Shown: piece by piece, positions 1-9,228 of the stretch
How the letters are laid out: the number at the start of each line of letters is the position of its first letter
Numbering within the stretch: position 1 is the stretch's first letter
Assembly (NCBI GenBank): GCA_037129985.1
Contig: JBAXTW010000002.1
Coordinates: forward strand, 14,904-78,903
Source: Pseudanabaena sp. ELA645
GTDB lineage: Bacteria > Cyanobacteriota > Cyanobacteriia > Pseudanabaenales > Pseudanabaenaceae
Reading direction: 5' to 3'
DNA length: 64,000 nucleotides
Made by a program: the position numbers and the translations under genes
Notes under the pieces: model-generated
Told to the model about the DNA's origin: nothing
Seen by the model: the letters and a program-made list of their open reading frames with translations, nothing else
Database searches by the model: none

Positions 1-1
1 A

Positions 2-793
2 CTTGCTGCGGAAAAGGATAAACTTATAATGCGGCTCACTCTGGAGCGTTATGTAGCTGCGCCAATTGTGGAAGAGATCATGAATCAGCCAGAAGATTTT
101 CGTGATTTATTAGAAGGGCGTACAATCAGAGCCGCCGTTCTCTTTTCCGACATACGCGGTTTTACCACTCTCTCTAGTCGTCTACCTGCCAAGTTATTGA
201 TTCAACAATTGAATACCTATTTAGGCGGAATGGTTGATGCGATTTTAGAATGTCAAGGCACAATTGATAAGTTTATCGGTGATGCAATCATGGCTGAATT
301 CGGCTCACCTGTTTCGCGTGGGGAAAAAGCTGATGCGATGAATGCCGTTAATGCGGCTTTAAATATGCGATCAGCCTTAATGGAATTACGGCAACTATGG
401 CAAAACGAAAATAAAATTCCTTTCTCCAACGGTATTGGCATTAATTATGGAGAGATCACAGTCGGTAATATCGGCTCAGCACGTCGCCTTGAATATGCCG
501 TAATTGGCGATGCGGTCAATGTCGCTAGTCGTGTAGAAGGAATGACCAAAGATCTGGGTACAGATATTGTCATTACAGGCTCTCTCTATGAGATTGTCAA
601 AGATGAGATTGAGGTGGTTGATTTTGGAGAACATGCTCTCAAAGGGCGAGTTGGTAATGTGCGGCTCTACGGAGTGATTGGGCTAAAGGGTTGCGATCGC
701 CAAGTTTATGAACAAGTCCAAAATGATCTCAAGCGCCACACGGCTGTTATTGATGTTCTGAAAAGTGGTCAATTACCAAATCGCATTGATTAA
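2..793 (+). CDS. Class III adenylate/guanylate cyclase catalytic domain protein (5' partial; frame is open to the window edge)
   Basis: Cyclase motifs FSDIRGFTTLS, KFIGDAIMAEFG, YAVIGDAVNVASR. There is no stop between nt 2 and the first ATG at 29, so the gene probably starts upstream of the window. Confidence 0.8.
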   Translation, partial: LAAEKDKLIMRLTLERYVAAPIVEEIMNQPEDFRDLLEGRTIRAAVLFSDIRGFTTLSSRLPAKLLIQQLNTYLGGMVDAILECQGTIDKFIGDAIMAEFGSPVSRGEKADAMNAVNAALNMRSALMELRQLWQNENKIPFSNGIGINYGEITVGNIGSARRLEYAVIGDAVNVASRVEGMTKDLGTDIVITGSLYEIVKDEIEVVDFGEHALKGRVGNVRLYGVIGLKGCDRQVYEQVQNDLKRHTAVIDVLKSGQLPNRID

Positions 794-819
794 CTCACCT
801 TACGCAGAGCCAATATCTG

Positions 820-975
820 CCCTCATCCCCCAGCCCCTTCTCCCAGATAGTGAAAAGGGGAGTAAGAGTCGTTTTTGAATTTTTCTTGTTCCCCTCACCC
901 TTTTTCGGAGCCCCTACAAGATTAGCTCCGAAAAAGGGTGAGGGTCTTCAAAACTTCCACGTAACATCACTAATC
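820..975. repeat. Composite small-repeat region: hairpin CTCACCCTTTTTCGGAGC...GCTCCGAAAAAGGGTGAG plus a solo TTCCACGTAACATCA motif
   Basis: Perfect 18-bp inverted repeat around 893-947. The TTCCACGTAACATCA motif at 956-970 recurs at 3158-3175 (reverse complement) and 3307-3324. Confidence 0.6.
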
Positions 976-2022
976 AATCTCACAGGATTCACAACTGGGA
1001 CGAGCGACAAGATTCTGATAAGGTTCAATCGCAAAGGGACGCTCTGGTTCTGTTAACAAATAGCGATCGCACAAATCAAAAAGCTCTTGCTTGGATTGAA
1101 CTAAACGCATCCCTGCTAAAAACTGCCCCTCTTGATCGATTCCTGTGCCAATAAAATTTAAAAACTTTTTCAGACAATTAATATGGGATTTTTCTTTGAG
1201 ATCATCTTGATAAGTAATTGCATAAAGATGCTGAATATAACCATATACATCCGCAAGAGTTGTTGTTTTTACTGGTTTTCCTGCAAAGCGATCGCGGATT
1301 TGTTGAAAAATCCAAGGATTCCGAATCGCCGATCGCCCAATCATCACCCCCGCCGCTCCTGTCTCTTTGAGAACTGATTCGGCTTTGAGATAGGAAGTCA
1401 CATTTCCATTCGCTAATACAGGACAATTTACCGAAGTTACAGCTTGACGGATTAAATCATAATGGACATCACCGCGATAGAGTTCCTTCACCGTGCGACC
1501 ATGCAAACTTAACAGGTCAATTTGATATTGATTAATTAATTGCAGTAACTTCTCAAAATTATCAATTGAGTCAAAGCCTACACGCATCTTTACCGTAAAT
1601 AATCCAGAGATTTGCGATCGCAACGCCTCAAAAATCCGTTCAATAGTTTCAGGTTCTCGCAACAGTCCGCCGCCAACATTTTTGCGATATACACGCGGTG
1701 CGGGACAACCAAGATTTAGATCGATACCTGCGATCGGATAATTGGTTAATTGTTTGGCAATCCTGAGCATATCAGGGATACTTTCCCCAATTATTTGAGC
1801 AAATACAGGTCTACCAGTTTCATTTTGGGTAATCGACCTCAAAATCTTTTTATCAAGATGCGAATTAGCATATACTCGAAAATATTCAGTTACATAATAA
1901 TCAGGACAGCCATATTTACAAAGCATCTGCATAAAAGCGCGATCGGTCACATCCTGCATCGGTGCTAAAGCAGTTAGAGGTTGTCCTGATATGATTGATG
2001 GCGGTAAAAGTTGAGAAGGCAA
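970..2022 (-). CDS. dus: tRNA-dihydrouridine synthase (Dus family)
   Basis: N-terminal LAPMQDVTDRAFM, GIDLNLGCP and HGRT motifs typical of Dus FMN enzymes. TTG start in the ORF track. Confidence 0.85.
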   Translation of the reverse strand: MPSQLLPPSIISGQPLTALAPMQDVTDRAFMQMLCKYGCPDYYVTEYFRVYANSHLDKKILRSITQNETGRPVFAQIIGESIPDMLRIAKQLTNYPIAGIDLNLGCPAPRVYRKNVGGGLLREPETIERIFEALRSQISGLFTVKMRVGFDSIDNFEKLLQLINQYQIDLLSLHGRTVKELYRGDVHYDLIRQAVTSVNCPVLANGNVTSYLKAESVLKETGAAGVMIGRSAIRNPWIFQQIRDRFAGKPVKTTTLADVYGYIQHLYAITYQDDLKEKSHINCLKKFLNFIGTGIDQEGQFLAGMRLVQSKQELFDLCDRYLLTEPERPFAIEPYQNLVARPSCESCEID

Positions 2023-2093
2023 AAGTTTACTTGCTAGTCAAATTAATCAAATTAGTTAAATTATAGCGAAAACAAGAACGAAGTTTTAGATTA

Positions 2094-2771
2094 ATGAGCG
2101 ATCGCCCCGCCGAGTACAACAGCAAAAAAATAGTAACAAGGGGCTTAAGCCCCTTGCCTCTGTCGGAAAATCCGATCGCCTATGAACAGGGTTCGCTCTT
2201 TAGTGAAGGTATCCTGCGAAGTTCAAGATTGTATGACAGTGGTGGAAATTATGGCGCAAATTACCAGATGGGTGCAGAGTCTTTGCAAGGGTGGAAAGAA
2301 GCGATCGCCAAGCATCAGAGTTCTCTCACCACAATGATCCCCGCTAGTCAAACCGCCCTTTTTGATCTACCTGATCCCCATTGCGATCCCCATGCGATCG
2401 CGCCCTTTAAACTCCCATTTCAGCCTGCGGAATTCTACCGACTGCCTAATGCTGATGGTGGTGATGCTTGCATATATTTTGTCATCGATTTAGTCGCAAC
2501 CGTACAATCACCTGTGCTACTGTATATTGGGGAAACAATTCGTTCGCATAAACGATGGAAAGGAATCCATGACTGCAAACGATATCTCCTCAATTACCGA
2601 GAACTACATAATACTCACAGTCTTCCAACCCAAGTTGTCATGACCTTCTGGTGGGATGCACCGATCTCCACCCGCCCCCGTCAGCAACTAGAGAGACTCT
2701 TAATTGAAAAATGGCGATCGCCATTCAACAAGGAGAATTGGAGCTTTTGGGCGACTCCTTTTGTGAATTAA
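2094..2771 (+). CDS. Conserved hypothetical protein with GIY-YIG-like core
   Basis: CIYFVID...LLYIGET...R/H...LERLLIEKWRSPFNKEN resembles the GIY-x-YIG-R-E-N layout. The start is uncertain because a 25-bp palindromic repeat lies at 2135-2159 inside the predicted N-terminus. Confidence 0.45.
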   Translation: MSDRPAEYNSKKIVTRGLSPLPLSENPIAYEQGSLFSEGILRSSRLYDSGGNYGANYQMGAESLQGWKEAIAKHQSSLTTMIPASQTALFDLPDPHCDPHAIAPFKLPFQPAEFYRLPNADGGDACIYFVIDLVATVQSPVLLYIGETIRSHKRWKGIHDCKRYLLNYRELHNTHSLPTQVVMTFWWDAPISTRPRQQLERLLIEKWRSPFNKENWSFWATPFVN

Positions 2772-3049
2772 TGCATCTGTAATTATACTCATTCCCCACA
2801 ACAGATCAAAAATAGCACCATTATGTCTTCTTCTATGCCTTCTCATATACCTTCTCAAAAAACAAAGCCCAACCACGATCTAAATGAACAGACGAATGAA
2901 TTATGGTTTGCGAAGTTCTTCATCGGTAGCATGATCTCGATCGCTTTCCTGACAGTTATCCTCTCGTTTTTACCATCACCAAATGGATTACGCACTCAAC
3001 CCCAAAATAAATCTTCCAGTTTAACCTGCATTACTTTCTCTTAGTTAAA

Positions 3050-3330
3050 GAAACGACTAGATCCCCCAGCCCCCTTACGAAAGATTATCTTCTTCCCCCT
3101 TTTTAAGGGGGATTGAGGGGGATCTCTTGGAACATTTGACAGTAAAAAGTAATTCTTAACTGATGTTACGTGGAAGAAATTCCTGCGATCCTCAAGGTTG
3201 GGGGCTGGCACGGGGGCGCAGCCCCTACAACACATGAATTTCTCTGGTAGGGGCAATGCCCCCGTGCTTGCCCTGTTACGCTAGCAGCAAGAGATTCATC
3301 ATCTACGTTCCACGTAACATCAGTTCTTAA
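3050..3330. repeat. MITE-like element(s): 18-bp terminal inverted repeat AACTGATGTTACGTGGAA at 3158-3175 and 3307-3324, plus G/C-rich sub-hairpins
   Basis: The inverted repeat was read directly. The interior contains GCCCCTAC / GTAGGGGC motifs related to other palindromes in the window. The ORF at 3041-3256 is built entirely from this repeat. Confidence 0.6.
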
Positions 3331-3389
3331 ATAGGCTCTAAGGATGCTCTAAGGATAGCGGTGCTTTGCGCCGCCTTTCTTTGTTTAGT

Positions 3390-4895
3390 TTAAGCTTCTA
3401 TTTGTCTTACCACCGTTAGCGCCGAATAACTGACTCCTGCGGTTCCTTCCCCTGGGTGGGTCGAGTCGCCGACTAACCAGATATTTTTAAGCGGTGTACG
3501 ATTGGCAAAGCCAAAGGGACCAAAAGTAGAAACCCGCATTCCCACCCCACCAACGATGCCGCGATCGCGTCCTGTATATCGCGCAAAGGTTTGAGGAGTA
3601 GCAGCTTCAACATGAATAATCGTCCGCTCGTTGAGTTGGAAATATGTACTTAGCTGCGCGATCGCCCGTTCCGTAAATTTTTGTTTAAGTACTTTATAAT
3701 CCTCATCGCCATACCAAACTGAAGCATCGGTAAACTCAGAAGCAATAATCGTGGCTTTCCCTTCAGGGGCGCGTCCATCACCTTCTTTACTAACCGAAAT
3801 AAATAGAGAATGCGGTTGATCCCCAGCTTCTAAAAATTGCAAGTGGGGCGGACAGTTCTCAGGAATCGCAGCGCGATCGACTCCCAAATAAACCACAAAT
3901 GCCACTGATGCAGGTTTCAAATTCGCAACCCGCTTAGCATAGCCCTTGGGCGCTTGCTCTCCCAAAAGCTGCACCAAATTTTGCACGGTCACATTCGCCA
4001 CCACATGATCCGCCTCATCCCAGAAAATCTCACCCGTCTTTAAGTTCTTTACTTTTACCCTTTTCCTTTTTCCTTTTTCCTTGATTTCCACAGCCTGATG
4101 TTGCATCAAAATTTTGCCGTGATCGCGTTCAATACTGGTGATCAGGCGATCGCTTAAGACCTGCATACTACCCTTAAGATGAAATAGTCCTAGGGGATTT
4201 TGAGAAACGGCTAAAGCGGTGGCGGCATAGAGTAATGCAGTCTCTTCGGCATTGACCTGAGAATAGAGTTTTAATTGCAAATCGAGAAAGGTGCGTAATC
4301 TTTGATCATGGCTTAGTCCAAAACCGCGTAAGGCATCACCCACGGTCGAGAAGATATAGGGAAAAGTGGCTAAAGTGTCGATGCGTAAAGCCTTGAGTAA
4401 TTGCCAAGCATCCCAGATATTGCGCGGCGGCAAAATCGGATCGCGGGACTGAAATCGCCAACTGCGCCAAAATAGATCATCCAGAAATTGCCAAAATGGT
4501 TCGCTATCGGGGAATTGTTTTTGACGTTCTAGTTGCCATTGATCGCGATCGCGCCAGAAATTAATTGGCTGATCTTCATTTGGTAAAAATACTGCACAGG
4601 CGGGATCACAATAGGTGGCTTCGGGTGGTTCGATTTCTAATTCCCGAAAAATGCGATCGTGAATGCCGCCAGACTCTAATCCTGCGACCTGTGTTGCGCC
4701 GACATCAAAAGTAAATCCGCGCCGTTTAAATGTTGATGCACAACCACCCACCGCGATCGCTAAATCGTAAACAATGACTTCATAGCCGCGTTTCGCCAAC
4801 AAAGCCGCCGCCGTTAAGCCCCCGATCCCCGCCCCAATCACGATAATTTTCTGTTTAAATTGATTTTGGTTAATTTGGTAAGACACTGGATACAA
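3390..4895 (-). CDS. FAD-dependent oxidoreductase of the phytoene desaturase family (CrtD/CrtI-like carotenoid desaturase/isomerase)
   Basis: N-terminal dinucleotide fold IIVIGAGIGGLTAAALLAKRGYEVIVYD, C-terminal LVGDSTHPGEGTAGV. The ~500 aa length is typical of this family. Confidence 0.75.
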   Translation of the reverse strand: MYPVSYQINQNQFKQKIIVIGAGIGGLTAAALLAKRGYEVIVYDLAIAVGGCASTFKRRGFTFDVGATQVAGLESGGIHDRIFRELEIEPPEATYCDPACAVFLPNEDQPINFWRDRDQWQLERQKQFPDSEPFWQFLDDLFWRSWRFQSRDPILPPRNIWDAWQLLKALRIDTLATFPYIFSTVGDALRGFGLSHDQRLRTFLDLQLKLYSQVNAEETALLYAATALAVSQNPLGLFHLKGSMQVLSDRLITSIERDHGKILMQHQAVEIKEKGKRKRVKVKNLKTGEIFWDEADHVVANVTVQNLVQLLGEQAPKGYAKRVANLKPASVAFVVYLGVDRAAIPENCPPHLQFLEAGDQPHSLFISVSKEGDGRAPEGKATIIASEFTDASVWYGDEDYKVLKQKFTERAIAQLSTYFQLNERTIIHVEAATPQTFARYTGRDRGIVGGVGMRVSTFGPFGFANRTPLKNIWLVGDSTHPGEGTAGVSYSALTVVRQIEA

Positions 4896-4924
4896 CTTCA
4901 GTAAGTAGATTGTTGGAATTAAAC

Positions 4925-4999
4925 GTAGGATGTGTTAGCGATAGCGTAACGCATCACATCCAACTAATTGATGCGTTACGTTGCACTAACGCATCCTAC
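4925..4999. repeat. 75-bp imperfect palindrome (GTAGGATG..CGTAACGCATCA / TGATGCGTTACG..CATCCTAC)
   Basis: Inverted arms read directly. It sits 30 bp upstream of the desaturase start, at the edge of the AT-rich islet. Confidence 0.6.
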
Positions 5000-5446
5000 T
5001 ACTAGAGAACTATGATTGTTGGTACGACTCAACTCTATCATTCAGGATACGAAAAAAAGACGGGTTAAATTTCATTAAAGCACCCTATGAGAGTGGTTAC
5101 AGTGTTTTGCGCTAAACGAATCGCACCATCCTACAAGATCATCGATCGCTTAACTATTATTTGTCTTTGCGATCGCCGACAAACTTCTGGAACTCCACTA
5201 ACGAAGTAAACTATTTTTGCTTGCCTAATCTCGGCTAGAAACAGACAATCTTAAGGAGCATATCGGTTTCGGTATAACGGTGAAGTTGTGCGGCAGCAGA
5301 TAACCTCGAACTCCCACTAACAACCTCTATACCGTCCACACCAACGCATTGTTCGACCGTGCCAATACAATTTCTTTTGAGCTACAACAATTGTATTAAT
5401 GTATTAATTGCTGTAAGCATTTAATAGTATACGACTGGAGGTGATT

Positions 5447-6379
5447 ATGATCTCTAAAGATATTCTTTATTCAATCGGTAGAACATCAGCAGGGCAACTG
5501 ATTAAGGCAGTTGACGCTGAGAAAGGAATCTCATACGCCTGCCCTGCCTGTAGCCAAGCTCTTATACTTCGCAAAGGAACACGGAAACGCCCACACTTTG
5601 CCCACAAAGCTCTTAGCCCTAACTGCACACCTGAAACAGCTTTGCACTATAGCTTTAAGACTCTACTCTTTAGCAAAATTCAAAAACATCTTGATCAGCA
5701 GCTACCTTTAGAGATGCAATGGGATTGCCCTAAATGTGCGGGAGTGCATACGGGTAACTTGCTAAAAAAAGCAGTTAAAATAAGGCTTGAGCATAATTTA
5801 GGAACCTGCCAACCAGATATTGCTTTGCTAGATGAGTCTGATCTTACAGTAGCAGTAGTTGAGGTGATTGTTACTCATGCTCCTGAACAAACAGTATTGG
5901 ATTACTACAAAAACAACCACATTGCCGTTGTGTCTTATGAATTGGATTCAGATAAAGACGTTAATCGGTTAGATACTCCCACTTTAAAACCGAACAGTGT
6001 CGATGTATGCACAAATCCTAAATGCTCTAAATGCGACAATTATATGTCGAGGAAGCATCTACTCATTATTGATGGGAATTGCTGGAAATGTCAGACACCG
6101 ATGAAAATTGCAGCTTTGAGAGGAGATATGGGGTATGAAGGCGATTTTTCACAATCCGATATCCAGCTTGCTACTCAGTACGAGGTATTTATGAAGTCAC
6201 ATTACAGCCGTACAGCAGGAATGAAGTACGTCGCTAATACCTGCCGTAAATGTGGAGCATTTGTTGGTGATCATTACTTATTCACTAACTATGTAGCCGT
6301 TCCTTCGTATAGCCGTCAAGAGTTGGATGCAGGATATTATTGCCCTCACTGTTCAGGTAATTCTGAAGATTTTGCATGA
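5447..6379 (+). CDS. CoiA-like competence/PD-(D/E)xK nuclease family protein with multiple zinc ribbons
   Basis: N-terminal CPACSQALILRKGTRKRPHFAHK (CoiA-type). Putative nuclease core LEH...QPDIALLDE...VAVVEVIVTH. Further CxxC pairs: CPKC, CSKC, CWKC, CRKC, CPHC. GGAGG sits 6 nt upstream of the ATG at 5447. Confidence 0.6.
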   Translation: MISKDILYSIGRTSAGQLIKAVDAEKGISYACPACSQALILRKGTRKRPHFAHKALSPNCTPETALHYSFKTLLFSKIQKHLDQQLPLEMQWDCPKCAGVHTGNLLKKAVKIRLEHNLGTCQPDIALLDESDLTVAVVEVIVTHAPEQTVLDYYKNNHIAVVSYELDSDKDVNRLDTPTLKPNSVDVCTNPKCSKCDNYMSRKHLLIIDGNCWKCQTPMKIAALRGDMGYEGDFSQSDIQLATQYEVFMKSHYSRTAGMKYVANTCRKCGAFVGDHYLFTNYVAVPSYSRQELDAGYYCPHCSGNSEDFA

Positions 6380-6821
6380 GTTATTCTCTAGGTGATTCGC
6401 TAAAGAGCAAAACTTCAAAATTTGGCTCAAACAGATAAGCTTGCAGCCATACTTCCCACCTATATCTTAGCTGTCGGACTATGTATTATCTTGCAAATCA
6501 CAGGATAAATAATTTTATATGATAAATATTACACAACTTGTCTGATTAAAGCAACCAATAAGTGTACTAACAAACTTTTTGCAGGATGCAGGGTAACATA
6601 GTTTTATTGATCGTTATGCAGCATAACATCCCAAACATATACCAGCCTTAATCTAGAAAGCTACGCGATCGCATTTAATTTTATTGCTCCATCACAAAAT
6701 ATAGTCAAGCAATGGCTCGAGAATTTTCTGCAATTCCAAATTCTCAAGATCGGGTTATCGGTAGGTACTTACTCGCGATCACTACTATCTTATTTGGTGC
6801 TTCTAATGCGATTCAAGATCA

Positions 6822-7601
6822 CTACAATTTACACATCTGACAACAGTTCTGACTAATGCAAGGAGTAGAACTATTCGGACAAAGTTTACAGCACAATTCC
6901 AATCGCTTTTTCTTCTTACCAGTTCGCAAATAGAGTTCTGCTGCTAACAGCATTCCCATTGGTGGCGCAATACAATAAAGCCAGAAACCATACCACACTT
7001 GCGCGGGAATTGCCGAACCCAGAGAGCGGGCAGGATTGATACTCATCCCAGAAATAGGTGCTTCAAAAGTAATAAAAAGTGCTACCAAAACCCCTGCAAA
7101 TAGTCCCGTTAGATGCGATAGTTTGTCATGATTTGAAACTCTTAAAATCATTGACATCAATCCCAATGCAAGCAGGAATTCGGCTAAAAAAGCGATCGCT
7201 TCTCCATTTGGTGAAGGGACTGTAACAATGTAATTAATCGCGGGATCGGCGATCGCCTTTCCCAGTAGAATCCCCGCGAACCATATTCCCGAAACCGCAC
7301 CAAGGGCTTGCGCCAAAATATAGCAGCCAGCATCTAATGGGCGAATTTTACCAAGCCGCCAGAAAGTCAATGTCACCGCAGGATTGATATGCGCTCCCGA
7401 TCGCTTCCCCCAAGGAGAGTAGATAATCGCGATCGCGATCGAACCCATAAGTATGCCGATCAAAAATCTTCGTAAAAGCGGATCGGCGATCGCTTGATGA
7501 ATTGGAGAGTTAGGTAGTTCAAAAATGGTAGTTACGATGGTTGCCGCAACCATAAATAATCCCAAGCAAATAGCCTCGATCGCATATTCGATTATGTTCA
7601 T
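6822..7601 (-). CDS. MIP-family channel (aquaporin Z-like) with cysteine-rich C-terminal tail
   Basis: Two NPA boxes (HINPAVTL and SINPARSLG) and six hydrophobic segments. The ATG at 7601 is preferred over the TTG at 7613. Confidence 0.85.
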   Translation of the reverse strand: MNIIEYAIEAICLGLFMVAATIVTTIFELPNSPIHQAIADPLLRRFLIGILMGSIAIAIIYSPWGKRSGAHINPAVTLTFWRLGKIRPLDAGCYILAQALGAVSGIWFAGILLGKAIADPAINYIVTVPSPNGEAIAFLAEFLLALGLMSMILRVSNHDKLSHLTGLFAGVLVALFITFEAPISGMSINPARSLGSAIPAQVWYGFWLYCIAPPMGMLLAAELYLRTGKKKKRLELCCKLCPNSSTPCISQNCCQMCKL

Positions 7602-7647
7602 TTTTTGAAGCAATTTTATGGCTATGGGCTATACACAAGTCGAGAGA

Positions 7648-7759
7648 ACCAAGAACTAAAGTTCTTGGCTCAAAGCTAAAGTCAGTTAAAACTGACTAAT
7701 CCACAAAATTCAACCCGTTTCAACGGGTTTTAGCTTTCAGCCCGCAATTTATTGCAGGG
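7648..7759. repeat. Multi-hairpin MITE-like repeat, copy 1
   Basis: Series of sub-hairpins (ACCAAGAACTAAAGTTCTTGG, GTCAGTTAAAACTGAC, AACCCGTTTCAACGGGTT, CCCGCAATTTATTGCAGGG). It matches the reverse complement of 44087-44214 apart from an internal indel. Confidence 0.75.
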
Positions 7760-7774
7760 TATTCAGGATATAAG

Positions 7775-9148
7775 TTATATATCGAGAACTACTCTTGCGG
7801 TTTTGGGTTTGGAAATGCAAATTAAAACCGAATTAGCATCTACTGATGCAGTTGGGGCTGATTCATAATCAACTTCTCCTTCAGAAATCTTGCACGCGCA
7901 AGTACCACAAACTCCAACACGACAACTATGATCGGGATAGATATCATTTGCCTCTGCAAACTCTAAAATCGTGCTGTCAGAAGGACTCCAATTGAGAGTT
8001 TTGCCAGACTTACTGAATACTATTTCAATAGAATCATGTTCTTGAGTTAGACTCTGATTTAAACCTTCTGCTGGTTCTGACTTCTTAGGCTTAGCTTTGG
8101 CAAAAGATTCAAATAGAACCTTACTGTCAGGTACACCCCAATCTCTTAAACCAGTTCGGAGCGAGTCCATAAATGCTGGCGAACCGCAGAGAAAATAATC
8201 AGCCACAGTAGAACCAGCTAATTTCTGCATTTCTGGCGCAACCACATTCTTAATCAACTCGACATCAACATAGCCTTTATGTTGATAATTGCCCTCATCA
8301 TTTAAGCTAGGACGGCTATAGCAGTAGCCAATATGCAAATTAGGATTGCTAGTGGCGATCGCATTAACTTCATCACGAAAAGCGTGGAGACTTCCATCTC
8401 GCGCACCATGTAAAAACCAGATATGGCGTTGGGGATTGAGTAAGCTAACGGCTTTTGCCATGCTAATCATGGGCGTAATTCCGACCCCATTACTGATTAA
8501 AACCGCAGGTTCCGAACCAAGCGGATCGAGGACAAACTTGCCAGCAGGTGGTTTTGCCAAAATGATCGAGCCTTCATGAATTGCATCATGCATGAAATTT
8601 GAGGCGATCCCAGCAGGGGCGATCGTGTCTGGTGGAGCAGGTTCTCGCTTAATCGAGAGACGATAATAAGTGGATGATTCGCTGTAATCGGAAAGTGAAT
8701 AGGTGCGAATTACAGGTCTTGGCTGTTCGGGAATATCTAGCTGAATCGTGAGAAACTGCCCAGAGGTGAAATTAGGAATCATCCCGCCATCTACTGGTTT
8801 TAGATAAAAAGATGTGATAACGTCGCTCTCTTTAACTTTGCGATCAACGACAAACTTCCGCCAATCTTTCCACTCGGGGCTATCGTCAACTCCTTCTGTA
8901 GAAACAATTGATTTAGATTTAGATTTACTTTTCCCAGAGGCTATACCACCAACTGCACCAATAGCAGTACTAGCTAATGATGCATAAACTATTAATTTAT
9001 TTGTAGATTCATTCTTAGAATTGAACAGATTGGAATTGAACAAAGAAAGAGAAGCCGCAACTGGAATTGTCACTAAAGTACTTAAAAATACTCCAGAAGT
9101 TACCGCTCTAAGTAGCGGATTTGAAATTTCCCTAATATCTTCTATCAT
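7775..9148 (-). CDS. Membrane-anchored FAD/NAD(P)-binding oxidoreductase with C-terminal plant-type 2Fe-2S domain (phthalate dioxygenase reductase-like architecture)
   Basis: RTYSLSD (RxYS FAD motif), NGVGITPMISM (NAD-binding), CRVGVCGTCACKISEGEVDY...LICISKP (2Fe-2S). The ~95-aa N-terminal extension has two hydrophobic segments and an SKSKSKS linker. Confidence 0.75.
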   Translation of the reverse strand: MIEDIREISNPLLRAVTSGVFLSTLVTIPVAASLSLFNSNLFNSKNESTNKLIVYASLASTAIGAVGGIASGKSKSKSKSIVSTEGVDDSPEWKDWRKFVVDRKVKESDVITSFYLKPVDGGMIPNFTSGQFLTIQLDIPEQPRPVIRTYSLSDYSESSTYYRLSIKREPAPPDTIAPAGIASNFMHDAIHEGSIILAKPPAGKFVLDPLGSEPAVLISNGVGITPMISMAKAVSLLNPQRHIWFLHGARDGSLHAFRDEVNAIATSNPNLHIGYCYSRPSLNDEGNYQHKGYVDVELIKNVVAPEMQKLAGSTVADYFLCGSPAFMDSLRTGLRDWGVPDSKVLFESFAKAKPKKSEPAEGLNQSLTQEHDSIEIVFSKSGKTLNWSPSDSTILEFAEANDIYPDHSCRVGVCGTCACKISEGEVDYESAPTASVDANSVLICISKPKTARVVLDI

Positions 9149-9228
9149 TGTCTATTTTTATGGATAATCTTACAGTTTTAAATGCGGTGATAATTCTTAA
9201 TCCGAAGCGAGGTAAGACATCTGCTATT

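Noticed and set aside
850-1056. 68-aa ORF in the repeat region next to dus, and the similar 3041-3256 ORF
   Set aside because: Both are composed of G/C-rich hairpin repeat sequence (MITE-like) and overlap real genes or repeats, so there is no coding support.
2823-3044. 73-aa ORF with one hydrophobic segment
   Set aside because: It has an ATG and sits in free space. It has no recognisable motif or clear ribosome-binding site and it runs into the repeat region, so I cannot support it as a gene.
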